A stretch of DNA of 39,370 nt from a virus. Lineage: Duplodnaviria; Caudoviricetes. Within the stretch, counting starts at the first letter, position 1, and every line of letters begins with the position of its first letter. Where the stretch lies: positions 1 to 39,370 of the IMG/VR virus record IMGVR_UViG_3300027994_000011; one strand, given 5' to 3'. Under the pieces are notes generated by a model. The model saw only the letters and a list, made by a program, of their open reading frames with translations, made no database searches and was not told the origin of the DNA. The position numbers were made by a program, and so were the translations under genes. Shown here piece by piece: positions 1 to 7,185 of this stretch.

Positions 1-253
1 CTTCTACAACCTGAACCGGTGTGTAGACTGTACCGTTATCTAGAACCATTACTGGTGTTTCAAACTCAGGCACGACCAATTGAACTTCTTCCTCTGGCTC
101 TGGGTCTACAAAATCAGGCTCTGATTGCTTGTCCAGAATGCGGGCGATAATCGTATCTTCACTAGGATTACCTTGGATCTCTGCACCAATCTCCTTGGCA
201 TAGGCTTTTTGTTCAGCCTTGTTCATGGCTTTGAGTTGTAATTCTGTTTTCAT
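1..253 (-). CDS. 5' part of a 178-aa acidic protein with N-terminal HeH/Rho_N-like motif (continues at 39370-39087)
   Basis: ATG at 253 after RBS AGGAG; MKTELQLKAMNKAEQKAYAKEIGAEIQGNPSEDTIIARILDKQ; open to base 1 and joins 39370 in frame. Confidence 0.8.
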   Translation of the reverse strand, partial: MKTELQLKAMNKAEQKAYAKEIGAEIQGNPSEDTIIARILDKQSEPDFVDPEPEEEVQLVVPEFETPVMVLDNGTVYTPVQVVE

Positions 254-275
254 AGGGCTTCTCCTGTTGGGATGA

Positions 276-303
276 ATAATACATTAACTAATGGTTATTT
301 CAA
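276..303 (-). promoter_or_regulatory. Putative late-operon sigma70 promoter with overlapping CtrA-like box
   Basis: Minus strand TTGAAA-16nt-TATTAT; ATAA-CCATTAG-TTAA at 284-298 is 1 mismatch from TTAA-N7-TTAA. Confidence 0.55.
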
Positions 304-529
304 GCTTTTGTTACCAATGATTCTGTTACGCGGAAGTCTAAATGCTTTCCATAGTTTGGTTATGAAATCAATCAAAGCCATGGTCCTTTGCTCTCTCCTT
401 GTATTTCAAAGGATTTAATCATAAGCCAATTGTAAGGTGTGTAAAGCCAGTACATGCACTCAAATCGGCACATTGGGATAGAAATTATGTGTCCGGTCCA
501 GTATAGGATGTTAACGGCTATGAACTCAA

Positions 530-736
530 TCATTTTCTTACAAGCCAATAGTCTTTAGCTATGGCGCGTACAGCAGAATTATACCCCCACTGAAAATCAT
601 CTTTGCTAGCATTGTCTTCTAGCTTCTCAATCTCATCTTCACTAAGCGCGCCGTCAGGTCGGTATAAAAGGTTATACTTTCTATAATAATCTTCAGTTAC
701 TTGAACACCATTAACTTCATAGATTTTCTTATCCAT
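530..736 (-). CDS. hypothetical phage protein
   Basis: 68-aa ORF packed in the minus-strand operon. Confidence 0.65.
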   Translation of the reverse strand: MDKKIYEVNGVQVTEDYYRKYNLLYRPDGALSEDEIEKLEDNASKDDFQWGYNSAVRAIAKDYWLVRK

Positions 737-740
737 TCCC

Positions 741-1016
741 TTACCCTTTCTTTTGGCTAGCGGTGATCATGGCCTCATAAACTGTTCTTGCGTCTTCCCA
801 ATCAAAACAGCCTGAATTAGTATCGGGTCCGACCTCGCACATAGCGTCTAATATTTCCTCCGTTGGCTCAATTGGCACAAGGACATGACCAGCAGGAATT
901 CGAGTGTATTTGGCTCCATCTTTTATAGTATACGGCTTACTGCATATAATCTGGTCGTCCTTATCATAATAATAAGCCCAAATCTCACTTGGCAAAACCT
1001 CGGTCTGGTTATTCAT
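741..1016 (-). CDS. hypothetical phage protein (VPIEPTEE...YEAMI motif)
   Basis: Start re-set to ATG 1016 (ATGA overlap with upstream ORF); motif common in small phage early proteins. Confidence 0.7.
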   Translation of the reverse strand: MNNQTEVLPSEIWAYYYDKDDQIICSKPYTIKDGAKYTRIPAGHVLVPIEPTEEILDAMCEVGPDTNSGCFDWEDARTVYEAMITASQKKG

Positions 1017-1204
1017 AAAATACCCTTCTTCTCGTTCAATTTGGCTTGCTGCACTGCTTCCATTTGTCTCTCGTTTAAAACTGTTCCAATTGGCGCAAGT
1101 TCCTTCGTTGGCACGTTTTCCCAATCAGCATAAGGATCAAGCTCTTTCGCTGCATTGAACAATCTTATCTGTCTTGTTATTCTACGTATGACATTACCCA
1201 TCAT
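1013..1204 (-). CDS. hypothetical phage protein
   Basis: Start/stop overlaps at both ends. Confidence 0.65.
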   Translation of the reverse strand: MMGNVIRRITRQIRLFNAAKELDPYADWENVPTKELAPIGTVLNERQMEAVQQAKLNEKKGIL

Positions 1205-1611
1205 ATCTCGCTCTCCTTCTCAACTTCGGGAAGGGACGCTGGCATCCAAACCTGAGGCTCATAAGACCATGTTTCTTCATAACCGAAAGATTTAACGGCA
1301 TGATCTGTCCATGCGCCCTTGTATTCAGGACAATCATTCTCGTCATCCCAACCTGAATGAAATTCATGGTCCCAATAAACTGACCTGACACAAAACTCGC
1401 CCTTCATTCCAACTGTGCCGTCAGAAACAAAGCCTATAAGAATCCTGCCGGGTGCATTCTTGATTTCATCGGTAATTTCAGAAACATCTCTCCACCTTGG
1501 CAACGCCTCCACGAGGCGGGAGAGGGCGGTGTGGGCAGCATCCAGTTCTCTATCGGTGCATTGAATACCAATAACTGATTTAACTAATTCTATATCTTGA
1601 TTAATTGCCAT
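1201..1611 (-). CDS. DUF551-like phage protein
   Basis: PRWRDVSE...YEPQVWMPASLPE resembles the W-x-P-I-E...P-T-H-W-M-P-L-P pattern; start at 1611 or 1668. Confidence 0.6.
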   Translation of the reverse strand: MAINQDIELVKSVIGIQCTDRELDAAHTALSRLVEALPRWRDVSEITDEIKNAPGRILIGFVSDGTVGMKGEFCVRSVYWDHEFHSGWDDENDCPEYKGAWTDHAVKSFGYEETWSYEPQVWMPASLPEVEKESEI

Positions 1612-1921
1612 ATGTAAAAATCCTTTTGAACATGGATTTAATCCTATCAAACACAGAAACTTTATCATTAACCAGCCACGGGCGGCGCGGAGCCTGACTA
1701 ACCAAGAATGTTAATTCGTTAAGAGCGCGGTTATATTCACGCTGGGCGACTGACAAATCGGCAATGTATTTATCACCTTGAGAAACTCTGCGCTCGATAT
1801 CCCGTTTCGGCGAGCCAATCGGATAACTGTAATCAATATCCGGCCACAGACCGCATCGGCAACAAATATCAAAGCCTTTAGCGTTAGGAAACTCGCAGTA
1901 ATAACATTTTTCCGTTTCCAT
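1601..1921 (-). CDS. hypothetical protein with N-terminal CxxC-CxxC zinc ribbon
   Basis: METEKCYYC...CCRCG; TAATG coupling at 1921. Confidence 0.65.
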   Translation of the reverse strand: METEKCYYCEFPNAKGFDICCRCGLWPDIDYSYPIGSPKRDIERRVSQGDKYIADLSVAQREYNRALNELTFLVSQAPRRPWLVNDKVSVFDRIKSMFKRIFTYGN

Positions 1922-2466
1922 TATTCTCCCCTCTCCCCTTTGAGTATGGCAAGGCACTGGTCTATGGCGGCGTTGAATTGCCACACCTCATTATAGAAAT
2001 CGGCGTCTCTTTGAAAATGTTCACTCAATATATTCGGCATTGGTGGAAGTTTACGCTTTAGGGCGGTCATCCGCTTCACCATCGCATTATCGGGCTTTTC
2101 GGTTAGGGGGCGCAGTTTATCGGAAATAGTCTTTAATCTCTGCGCCATACTCCCCATTCTTTCATTCTGCTTTTTGATCTGATGCAAAACAGAAGCAGGA
2201 ACTTTAACATTCCAATCTTCCTGATATTCGGATACCAGTTCGGCACGGCTTGCTAATCGTGCGGCCTCCTTCACAACGCCGGAAACACATTCTGAAATGG
2301 TAGCCTCTCCCTTATCAGCGGCGGGTTGAGCAAGCGTTAAATGCTTCTCGATCTCGGTAGCAAACCAGTACCGCTCATCCGTCTGGATTGGGTCAGGGCT
2401 TAATCGCAAAAGCTTTACGATATGCGCTAGGCTTCTGGTGTCTGGCATATCCATCTCATTGTCCAT
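1921..2466 (-). CDS. hypothetical phage protein
   Basis: 181-aa ORF coupled to its neighbours. Confidence 0.7.
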   Translation of the reverse strand: MDNEMDMPDTRSLAHIVKLLRLSPDPIQTDERYWFATEIEKHLTLAQPAADKGEATISECVSGVVKEAARLASRAELVSEYQEDWNVKVPASVLHQIKKQNERMGSMAQRLKTISDKLRPLTEKPDNAMVKRMTALKRKLPPMPNILSEHFQRDADFYNEVWQFNAAIDQCLAILKGERGE

Positions 2467-2704
2467 CGGGCTTGCTTTCGGTTGCTTTGCGATAATTGTC
2501 TATAGCTTTATCAAGATCGCCCCACATATCCGGGCGCAATCCATGTTCCTTAATCCTACCAAGCATTACACACAACTCATCCGCAAGGGATTTGGGAACG
2601 TATGCAATGTCATCTGGGTTAATTTTATTTCCCTCATACCAAACATCACCGCCATAAGCAGAATCTTTCATTGCCCAGATTAAATTAGGCATTTCTCTAC
2701 TCAT
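2456..2704 (-). CDS. hypothetical phage protein
   Basis: Start re-set to ATG 2704 (ATGA overlap). Confidence 0.65.
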   Translation of the reverse strand: MSREMPNLIWAMKDSAYGGDVWYEGNKINPDDIAYVPKSLADELCVMLGRIKEHGLRPDMWGDLDKAIDNYRKATESKPDGQ

Positions 2705-2913
2705 GACTCGGCTCCGTCCTTGGCAAGCGAGCGGGGACTCCAATCGCCGATACGATCTTTAAAGCAATATTTACGCAGCTGATCGACCTGTAAACCAGAT
2801 AGATAAATCGGATGCATAACCTGATAATAATTTACACTTGTTGGATAAGGTAAAGCCTTAAGGACGCTATCTTTTAACATTGCTTCACGGATATCAATTT
2901 CTTTGTCCATCAT
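2701..2913 (-). CDS. hypothetical phage protein
   Basis: Overlapping operon packing. Confidence 0.6.
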   Translation of the reverse strand: MMDKEIDIREAMLKDSVLKALPYPTSVNYYQVMHPIYLSGLQVDQLRKYCFKDRIGDWSPRSLAKDGAES

Positions 2914-3094
2914 TCAACTCCAGTCTTTTTAATTTTGCTTTCTCGACAGGGGACTTTGGGTTCAAAATATCGGGATGGTGACCTATATAGAATGCCAAAC
3001 TCGCCATTTCAGACTTGGCGTCTATTGCATCAGAATTACAAACCAGAGAACATAGCCTTTTGATTTCTTCTAAAGTTTCTTTATCAATTGTCAT
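2894..3094 (-). CDS. hypothetical phage protein
   Basis: ATGA overlap with upstream gene. Confidence 0.6.
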   Translation of the reverse strand: MTIDKETLEEIKRLCSLVCNSDAIDAKSEMASLAFYIGHHPDILNPKSPVEKAKLKRLELNDGQRN

Positions 3095-3378
3095 TCGCCT
3101 TTGTCCTTTTCAATCGGGCGGGATGCGTATTCGGAACAAATCAGGTCGTATTCCTCCTCATCCTCAACGCTGCACCATTCATCGTCAACCGGGCATAGAT
3201 AATCAATTCCACTGGCATTGCAGTAATCCGGCTTAATATTGTTATCAAACTGGAAACAATCGTAGTCTGCCAGAATATCCACCAATCTTTGACCTTCTTT
3301 TAAATCAGCGACCGGAACTATAAACGGTTTTCCCGGCACTTGCGGAATATGCCAAACCCTTAATTCTAGTTTATTCAC
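3091..3378 (-). CDS. P22 gp17-like superinfection-exclusion-related protein
   Basis: LRVWHIPQVPGKPFIVPV...LADYDCFQFDNNIKPDYCNASG closely follows the P22 gp17 signature. Confidence 0.85.
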   Translation of the reverse strand: MNKLELRVWHIPQVPGKPFIVPVADLKEGQRLVDILADYDCFQFDNNIKPDYCNASGIDYLCPVDDEWCSVEDEEEYDLICSEYASRPIEKDKGE

Positions 3379-3536
3379 TTCCCACCCTCCCCCGGTTGTA
3401 ATTTACCCTCGGTCGATTGGATAAAATCTACAACGACCCAATAAAATCTAGTTTGCGGCAAAAACAGGATTAATAACGCAGCAATTAACCATAATGAAAT
3501 CTTTATTGAAAACTTACCATTTTGAAATTCAAACAT
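3375..3536 (-). CDS. small single-TM protein
   Basis: ISLWLIAALLILFLP hydrophobic segment; coupled to neighbours. Confidence 0.5.
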   Translation of the reverse strand: MFEFQNGKFSIKISLWLIAALLILFLPQTRFYWVVVDFIQSTEGKLQPGEGGK

Positions 3537-3897
3537 TTTGTTTATCCTTTGGTTGTAATTTACCATTATGCAACCTGTCCATGGCTTCTTCAAAGGCTTC
3601 ACGCAGTGGACACCCGCCATTATAGAACCTTAGGGCAATTTCTATGCTTCCATCAGAATTAAGACTTGCTTGTGTTAGATAACCGTCATCTTCAATGTCT
3701 TTTGTGCCTGAATAATCATAAAGCTCACCATTATACGACAAATAGGTTTTGTAATGCTTATCGGTTAATTTCTCTAAAAATGTATCGCCATAAGATTTCT
3801 CATCCCCAAGCATACGCTCACACATCTGCTCGACTGTTTCATTTTCTTTGGGTTGAACCTTGACTACCTTGCCGACCCAGAATTCCATTTCAGACAT
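3529..3897 (-). CDS. hypothetical acidic phage protein, first gene of operon
   Basis: 122-aa ORF with RBS GGAG upstream. Confidence 0.75.
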   Translation of the reverse strand: MSEMEFWVGKVVKVQPKENETVEQMCERMLGDEKSYGDTFLEKLTDKHYKTYLSYNGELYDYSGTKDIEDDGYLTQASLNSDGSIEIALRFYNGGCPLREAFEEAMDRLHNGKLQPKDKQNV

Positions 3898-3975
3898 AAA
3901 AAAACTCCATAAAAGTTAGCTCGCCTTCGGGGACAAACTAACGTCTATAGAGTTTCAACTGCCCGAACAGTCAAG
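3898..3975 (-). promoter_or_regulatory. Structured 5' leader: two hairpins with complementary loops, RBS sequestered
   Basis: Loops UUCGGG and CCCGAA; long stem AAACUCUAUA..GUUAGUUUGUC/GGCGAGCUAAC..UAUGGAGUUU with G-U pairs on minus strand. Confidence 0.7.
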
Positions 3976-3979
3976 AACT

Positions 3980-4007
3980 ACAATACACCATTCCCTCACC
4001 GGGTCAA
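3980..4007 (-). promoter_or_regulatory. Putative sigma70 promoter
   Basis: TTGACC-16nt-TATTGT directly upstream of the structured leader. Confidence 0.55.
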
Positions 4008-4019
4008 GCGGGAAATGAG

Positions 4020-4586
4020 AAAAAAGTTACAGGGTGAGGTGCGGCCTACTTTCGTAGCTGTTGCCCTTGAAGGTTTTTAAACCAAACCGCAGTTCTTTCG
4101 GCAACCCTGATAACTTCCTTGTGCCAGATGTTCACCCCGATCAGGTTTTCCGTACTGGCATTCCTATCCTGCCTTATTTGTTGGGGAGGTGTCAACTAGG
4201 CAATATTCCGCTTTCCGCAAGACCCGATATACTTGATATCAATGCGGTTCGGTCAGGTCGTATTACGTTAGTAAATCCTACAAGATGACATTTTATCGAG
4301 TGCCGCTCGCCGATACCCACTATACCAGCCATGGGGAGCAATTACATCGTACAGGTCTTGTATTCTGTTCTTCGGGCAAACCCTACCCTAGAACGCCCCG
4401 GAAATTCCCTTTCGGGATAAAGAAGGCTACCAACAACTAGATTTTTGGCTTTACACCATACGGAACCTAGAAAACGCTGAGAAGCTATCGGGGAAATTAG
4501 TTGACCTTATCGGTCGGATGCACTATATATAGTGTCAAGGTACTAAATTCATCCCTCGAAGAAAGCTTCCGGCGCTTCGGGGGATT
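4020..4586 (-). ncRNA. Putative ~560-nt structured non-coding RNA of unknown family
   Basis: No credible ORF in a gene-dense genome; nested helices with G-U polarity and GAAA tetraloops (UCCC-GAAA-GGGA, CUAC-GAAA-GUAG) on minus strand; ends in a closing stem plus U-run. Confidence 0.65.
4501..4529 (+). promoter_or_regulatory. Putative sigma70 promoter for antisense sRNA
   Basis: TTGACC-17nt-TATATA; -10 lies inside the perfect palindrome CACTATATATAGTG (4521-4534). Confidence 0.6.
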
Positions 4587-4592
4587 TCTTTA
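4536..4592 (+). ncRNA. Putative ~55-nt antisense sRNA ending in an intrinsic terminator
   Basis: 11-bp stem ATCCCTCGAAG/CTTCGGGGGAT (one G-U pair, valid only on plus strand) followed by TTCTTT; promoter immediately upstream. Confidence 0.55.
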
Positions 4593-4619
4593 TCTTAATG
4601 ATAAATTTGTTTTGGTCAA
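4592..4619 (-). promoter_or_regulatory. Putative sigma70 promoter of the large ncRNA
   Basis: TTGACC-16nt-TAAGAT on minus strand just after the 4626 stop codon. Confidence 0.55.
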
Positions 4620-4625
4620 GAAAAA

Positions 4626-5069
4626 TTACGGCATCTTCTGAAAGAAGTTTCCAGAGTTTGATTCTATCTCTTTAGATATATCTAATATAATTCGGTAAAC
4701 TTTTCGACCTTCCTCAACAGAAATGATATTTGCTGTATGGTAATCGTATTTTGAGCCAAGTCGCTCTTTTATAATATTGTACAGGAATGTCCTTTTACGC
4801 TTAGCGTTGTCCCTGTTCTTCCACATAGGGTCTAATAGAGCATGAATATGCTTACGTGCATTCTTTATGGCTGGCGTGGGTATGATACCTAACGGTCTAG
4901 TTCTGTCTTTTGTTTTCCAATGGCAACCAACAAAATTATCGCATCGGTCACATATCCAAAACGGAAGTTTATATAAATCTTCCCTATGCGGGTAAATTTC
5001 CTTACCATCCGTCAATCTGGCCTTGACCTTAAAACCACAATCGCAGCACCAAATTTCTCTTACTTGCAT
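4626..5069 (-). CDS. DUF3268-family zinc-finger protein
   Basis: CCDCG..ARLTDGKEIYPHREDL...FWICDRCDNFVGCH...PLG...RKHIHALLDPMW pattern; ATG 5069. Confidence 0.8.
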   Translation of the reverse strand: MQVREIWCCDCGFKVKARLTDGKEIYPHREDLYKLPFWICDRCDNFVGCHWKTKDRTRPLGIIPTPAIKNARKHIHALLDPMWKNRDNAKRKRTFLYNIIKERLGSKYDYHTANIISVEEGRKVYRIILDISKEIESNSGNFFQKMP

Positions 5070-5197
5070 TTTTGACAAGGCTCTATAACTATTTCATTAA
5101 CAGCCTTATCTACAGGCATAATAAGCTTACCTTTGAGTTCTGAGTTACACACAGAACACACGGCCCTCGCAGGGATAGAAATATTTATATGAGCCAT
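5060..5197 (-). CDS. 45-aa CxxC...CxxC zinc-ribbon miniprotein
   Basis: Manual translation MAHINISIPARAVCSVCNSELKGKLIMPVDKAVNEIVIEPCQKCK; TAATG coupling to upstream gene. Confidence 0.65.
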   Translation of the reverse strand: MAHINISIPARAVCSVCNSELKGKLIMPVDKAVNEIVIEPCQKCK

Positions 5198-5790
5198 TAT
5201 TTCATCCTCAATTCTAAATTTCCAAATATCTTGTTCAACTCAATTAAATAACGGTCTTTTACCCACTGGTAAGCTGATTTAGTAACCGTTAAATAGTTTT
5301 CATGCTGATATCCGTATTCAGGATCATATCTCGCATCCTTAAACCATGTATTAACAACCGCTACCCCGTAAACCTTTGCTATCTTATGTTTCCATTCAGG
5401 CCAGTCTTGTGTGTCAATCGGTAGAGCGGCAGTCTCTAATGCTGCCTGACCATCGTTCCATCTCTTTTGATTGAGCCAACTTGAGGCGTGGGCAAAGGCC
5501 GCAAACTCTTCTTTATTCAGGCAATAATACCGCAGACCCTTCATTATAGTTTCGTGGTCTGTTTCCTTTAGGGCTTTAATATAAGCACGTTCGGCGGGTT
5601 CTTTTGCCACCTTAAGCGGATAGGCTGTCCAGAACTCCAAGAAAGTTGTTGGTTTGATTCTCTTAGGCTTGGCGGTGGGATTGCGGACAATATGGAGCGC
5701 GTTCTCGTAATATAGCTTACGGTCTTCTGGCGAAGTTTCTTTATTCGCCATTAATACAACTAGGTCATATACGCGCTGTTGGTCGTTCAT
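5197..5790 (-). CDS. Replication initiator/replisome-organiser-like protein with C-terminal DnaA domain I-like segment
   Basis: FLEFWTAYPLKVAKEPAERAY...HASSWLNQKRWND initiator C-terminal motif; then W..KIAKVYGVAVVNTWF...YQWVKDRYLIEL resembling DnaA_N. Confidence 0.75.
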   Translation of the reverse strand: MNDQQRVYDLVVLMANKETSPEDRKLYYENALHIVRNPTAKPKRIKPTTFLEFWTAYPLKVAKEPAERAYIKALKETDHETIMKGLRYYCLNKEEFAAFAHASSWLNQKRWNDGQAALETAALPIDTQDWPEWKHKIAKVYGVAVVNTWFKDARYDPEYGYQHENYLTVTKSAYQWVKDRYLIELNKIFGNLELRMK

Positions 5791-5796
5791 TCCTAA

Positions 5797-5868
5797 AATC
5801 TAGTACAAAATAAAATGTACCGCAAGTGAAATTTAATCCTTGACGTGAATTAAATAAAATCCTAGGTT
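5797..5868. promoter_or_regulatory. Divergent promoter pair 1
   Basis: Minus TTGCGG-17-TAGATT (5825-5797), 6 nt before ATG 5790; plus TTGACG-17-TAGGTT (5840-5868). Confidence 0.65.
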
Positions 5869-5925
5869 GGTCTGGCTAATCCAGATTCGAAACGAAAAGG
5901 AATAGCAATTTAAACAGGAGATATA

Positions 5926-6096
5926 ATGAACAACTTAGCAAAAATGCTGGCAGCATACAGACAAAAGAATGATATGAGCCAGCGCGAACTTGGTAAGTCT
6001 ATAGGGCTTCCACACTCGACAATGTGCCGAGTTGAGCAAGGCAAAGATTTTGACCTAAACACTTTTGCCAAACTTTTAGCATGGATGATAAAATGA
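5926..6096 (+). CDS. Cro/XRE-family HTH regulator (56 aa)
   Basis: Manual translation MNNLAKMLAAYRQKNDMSQRELGKSIGLPHSTMCRVEQGKDFDLNTFAKLLAWMIK; RBS AGGAG. Confidence 0.88.
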   Translation: MNNLAKMLAAYRQKNDMSQRELGKSIGLPHSTMCRVEQGKDFDLNTFAKLLAWMIK

Positions 6097-6245
6097 CAGA
6101 CATAACAGCAAGACTAAGCCTTTATGACCTGAATAGGCTTTTCATCAGAGTTACCCGCAAGAAATGGGCTCAGGGTGATTGGTCAATTCGTAAATACAAC
6201 AAAATGCAAGATAGAATTGTTAAGGCCATAAAGGAAAAATCATGA
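6093..6245 (+). CDS. 50-aa basic hypothetical protein
   Basis: ATGA overlaps at both ends. Confidence 0.6.
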   Translation: MTDITARLSLYDLNRLFIRVTRKKWAQGDWSIRKYNKMQDRIVKAIKEKS

Positions 6246-6889
6246 CAATTGAAAAAGTAATCCAAGCAATGGAAGCTGTTCAAGCCCTCCATGATAGCCA
6301 CGGTATTCAAGTTAAGGGGGGTAAGAAATACTCCCAAGTATCTCACCGCGTCGAAACATTTAGAAAAACATTCGGTTACGAATATGGTATGGAAACTGAA
6401 ATTAAGGAATTTGCTGGCGGGTTTCTTTGTAAATGCCGGATTTCCTCTAAAGAGGGACAAGTAATTGCTTCTGGTCTAGCTTTTGGTAAGGGGATTGGTA
6501 ATGAAAAGGCTCTTGAGAAAATTGAAACTACAGCTGTAGGGAGAGCGCTAGCTAATGCAGGTCTTGGCGGCGGCGAATACGCCTCACTGAATGAGATGGA
6601 AACATTTGAGGAACGTTATGAACCACCTAAAGCCGAAAGCAATGGCAAGGGAACTATGGGCAGATTAGCCGATGACCCCACCATTAAAGCAGATATGGCT
6701 TTGCTGGGCTATGACGCAGATAAAGTCTATAAAGATGCAAACGCTGAATTAGACCATGCTCAAGATTCAGAAGATCTTGCTAAATGGTCCTCTAAATGGA
6801 GTGACCAGCTTAAGGGACTACCCAAAGACAAACGGGATAGCCTAAGAGAAGACTATAAACGAATTAAAACATACTTGGAGACAAAATAA
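6242..6889 (+). CDS. Rad52/Sak-like single-strand annealing protein
   Basis: KYSQVSHRVETFR...ALEKIETTAVGRALANAGLGGGEYASLNEM motif; directly upstream of SSB. Confidence 0.75.
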   Translation: MTIEKVIQAMEAVQALHDSHGIQVKGGKKYSQVSHRVETFRKTFGYEYGMETEIKEFAGGFLCKCRISSKEGQVIASGLAFGKGIGNEKALEKIETTAVGRALANAGLGGGEYASLNEMETFEERYEPPKAESNGKGTMGRLADDPTIKADMALLGYDADKVYKDANAELDHAQDSEDLAKWSSKWSDQLKGLPKDKRDSLREDYKRIKTYLETK

Positions 6890-7149
6890 TGGCCTATGAA
6901 AAAAGAAACGGAGATATTTCTATATTTCCAAACGACAAAGCAACAGGAAAGCAACCTACTCATAGGGGGGAATTTCTTCTCGATGGCGTGACTTATGAAA
7001 TCGCGCTATGGGAGAAAGAAAGCGCAAGAGGAAAGTTTCTAGCTGGCAGCGGTAAGGTTAAGGACGGTAAATATGAGAAGAAAGAAAAGCCAGTTGCAGA
7101 CAATAGCCGAAACCTGAATGACGGATTTGACTCGGAAATACCATTTTAG
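6889..7149 (+). CDS. ssb: Small phage single-stranded DNA-binding protein
   Basis: IFPNDK...QPTHRG...YEIALW core and acidic C-terminal DSEIPF tail. Confidence 0.8.
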   Translation: MAYEKRNGDISIFPNDKATGKQPTHRGEFLLDGVTYEIALWEKESARGKFLAGSGKVKDGKYEKKEKPVADNSRNLNDGFDSEIPF

Positions 7150-7185
7150 TGTATAAATACCTTTCTATATATGGTATAAATATTC

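Noticed and set aside
4061-4288. 75-aa plus-strand ORF
   Set aside because: TTG start with no RBS, against local gene direction; region better explained by minus-strand RNA structure
4526-4538. Extra minus-strand promoter from TTGACA at 4538-4533
   Set aside because: No acceptable -10 hexamer at 16-18 nt spacing
4020-4590. Group I/II intron
   Set aside because: It does not interrupt a gene (flanking ORFs look complete, with separate promoters) and I could not identify catalytic core motifs by eye; cmscan would settle it
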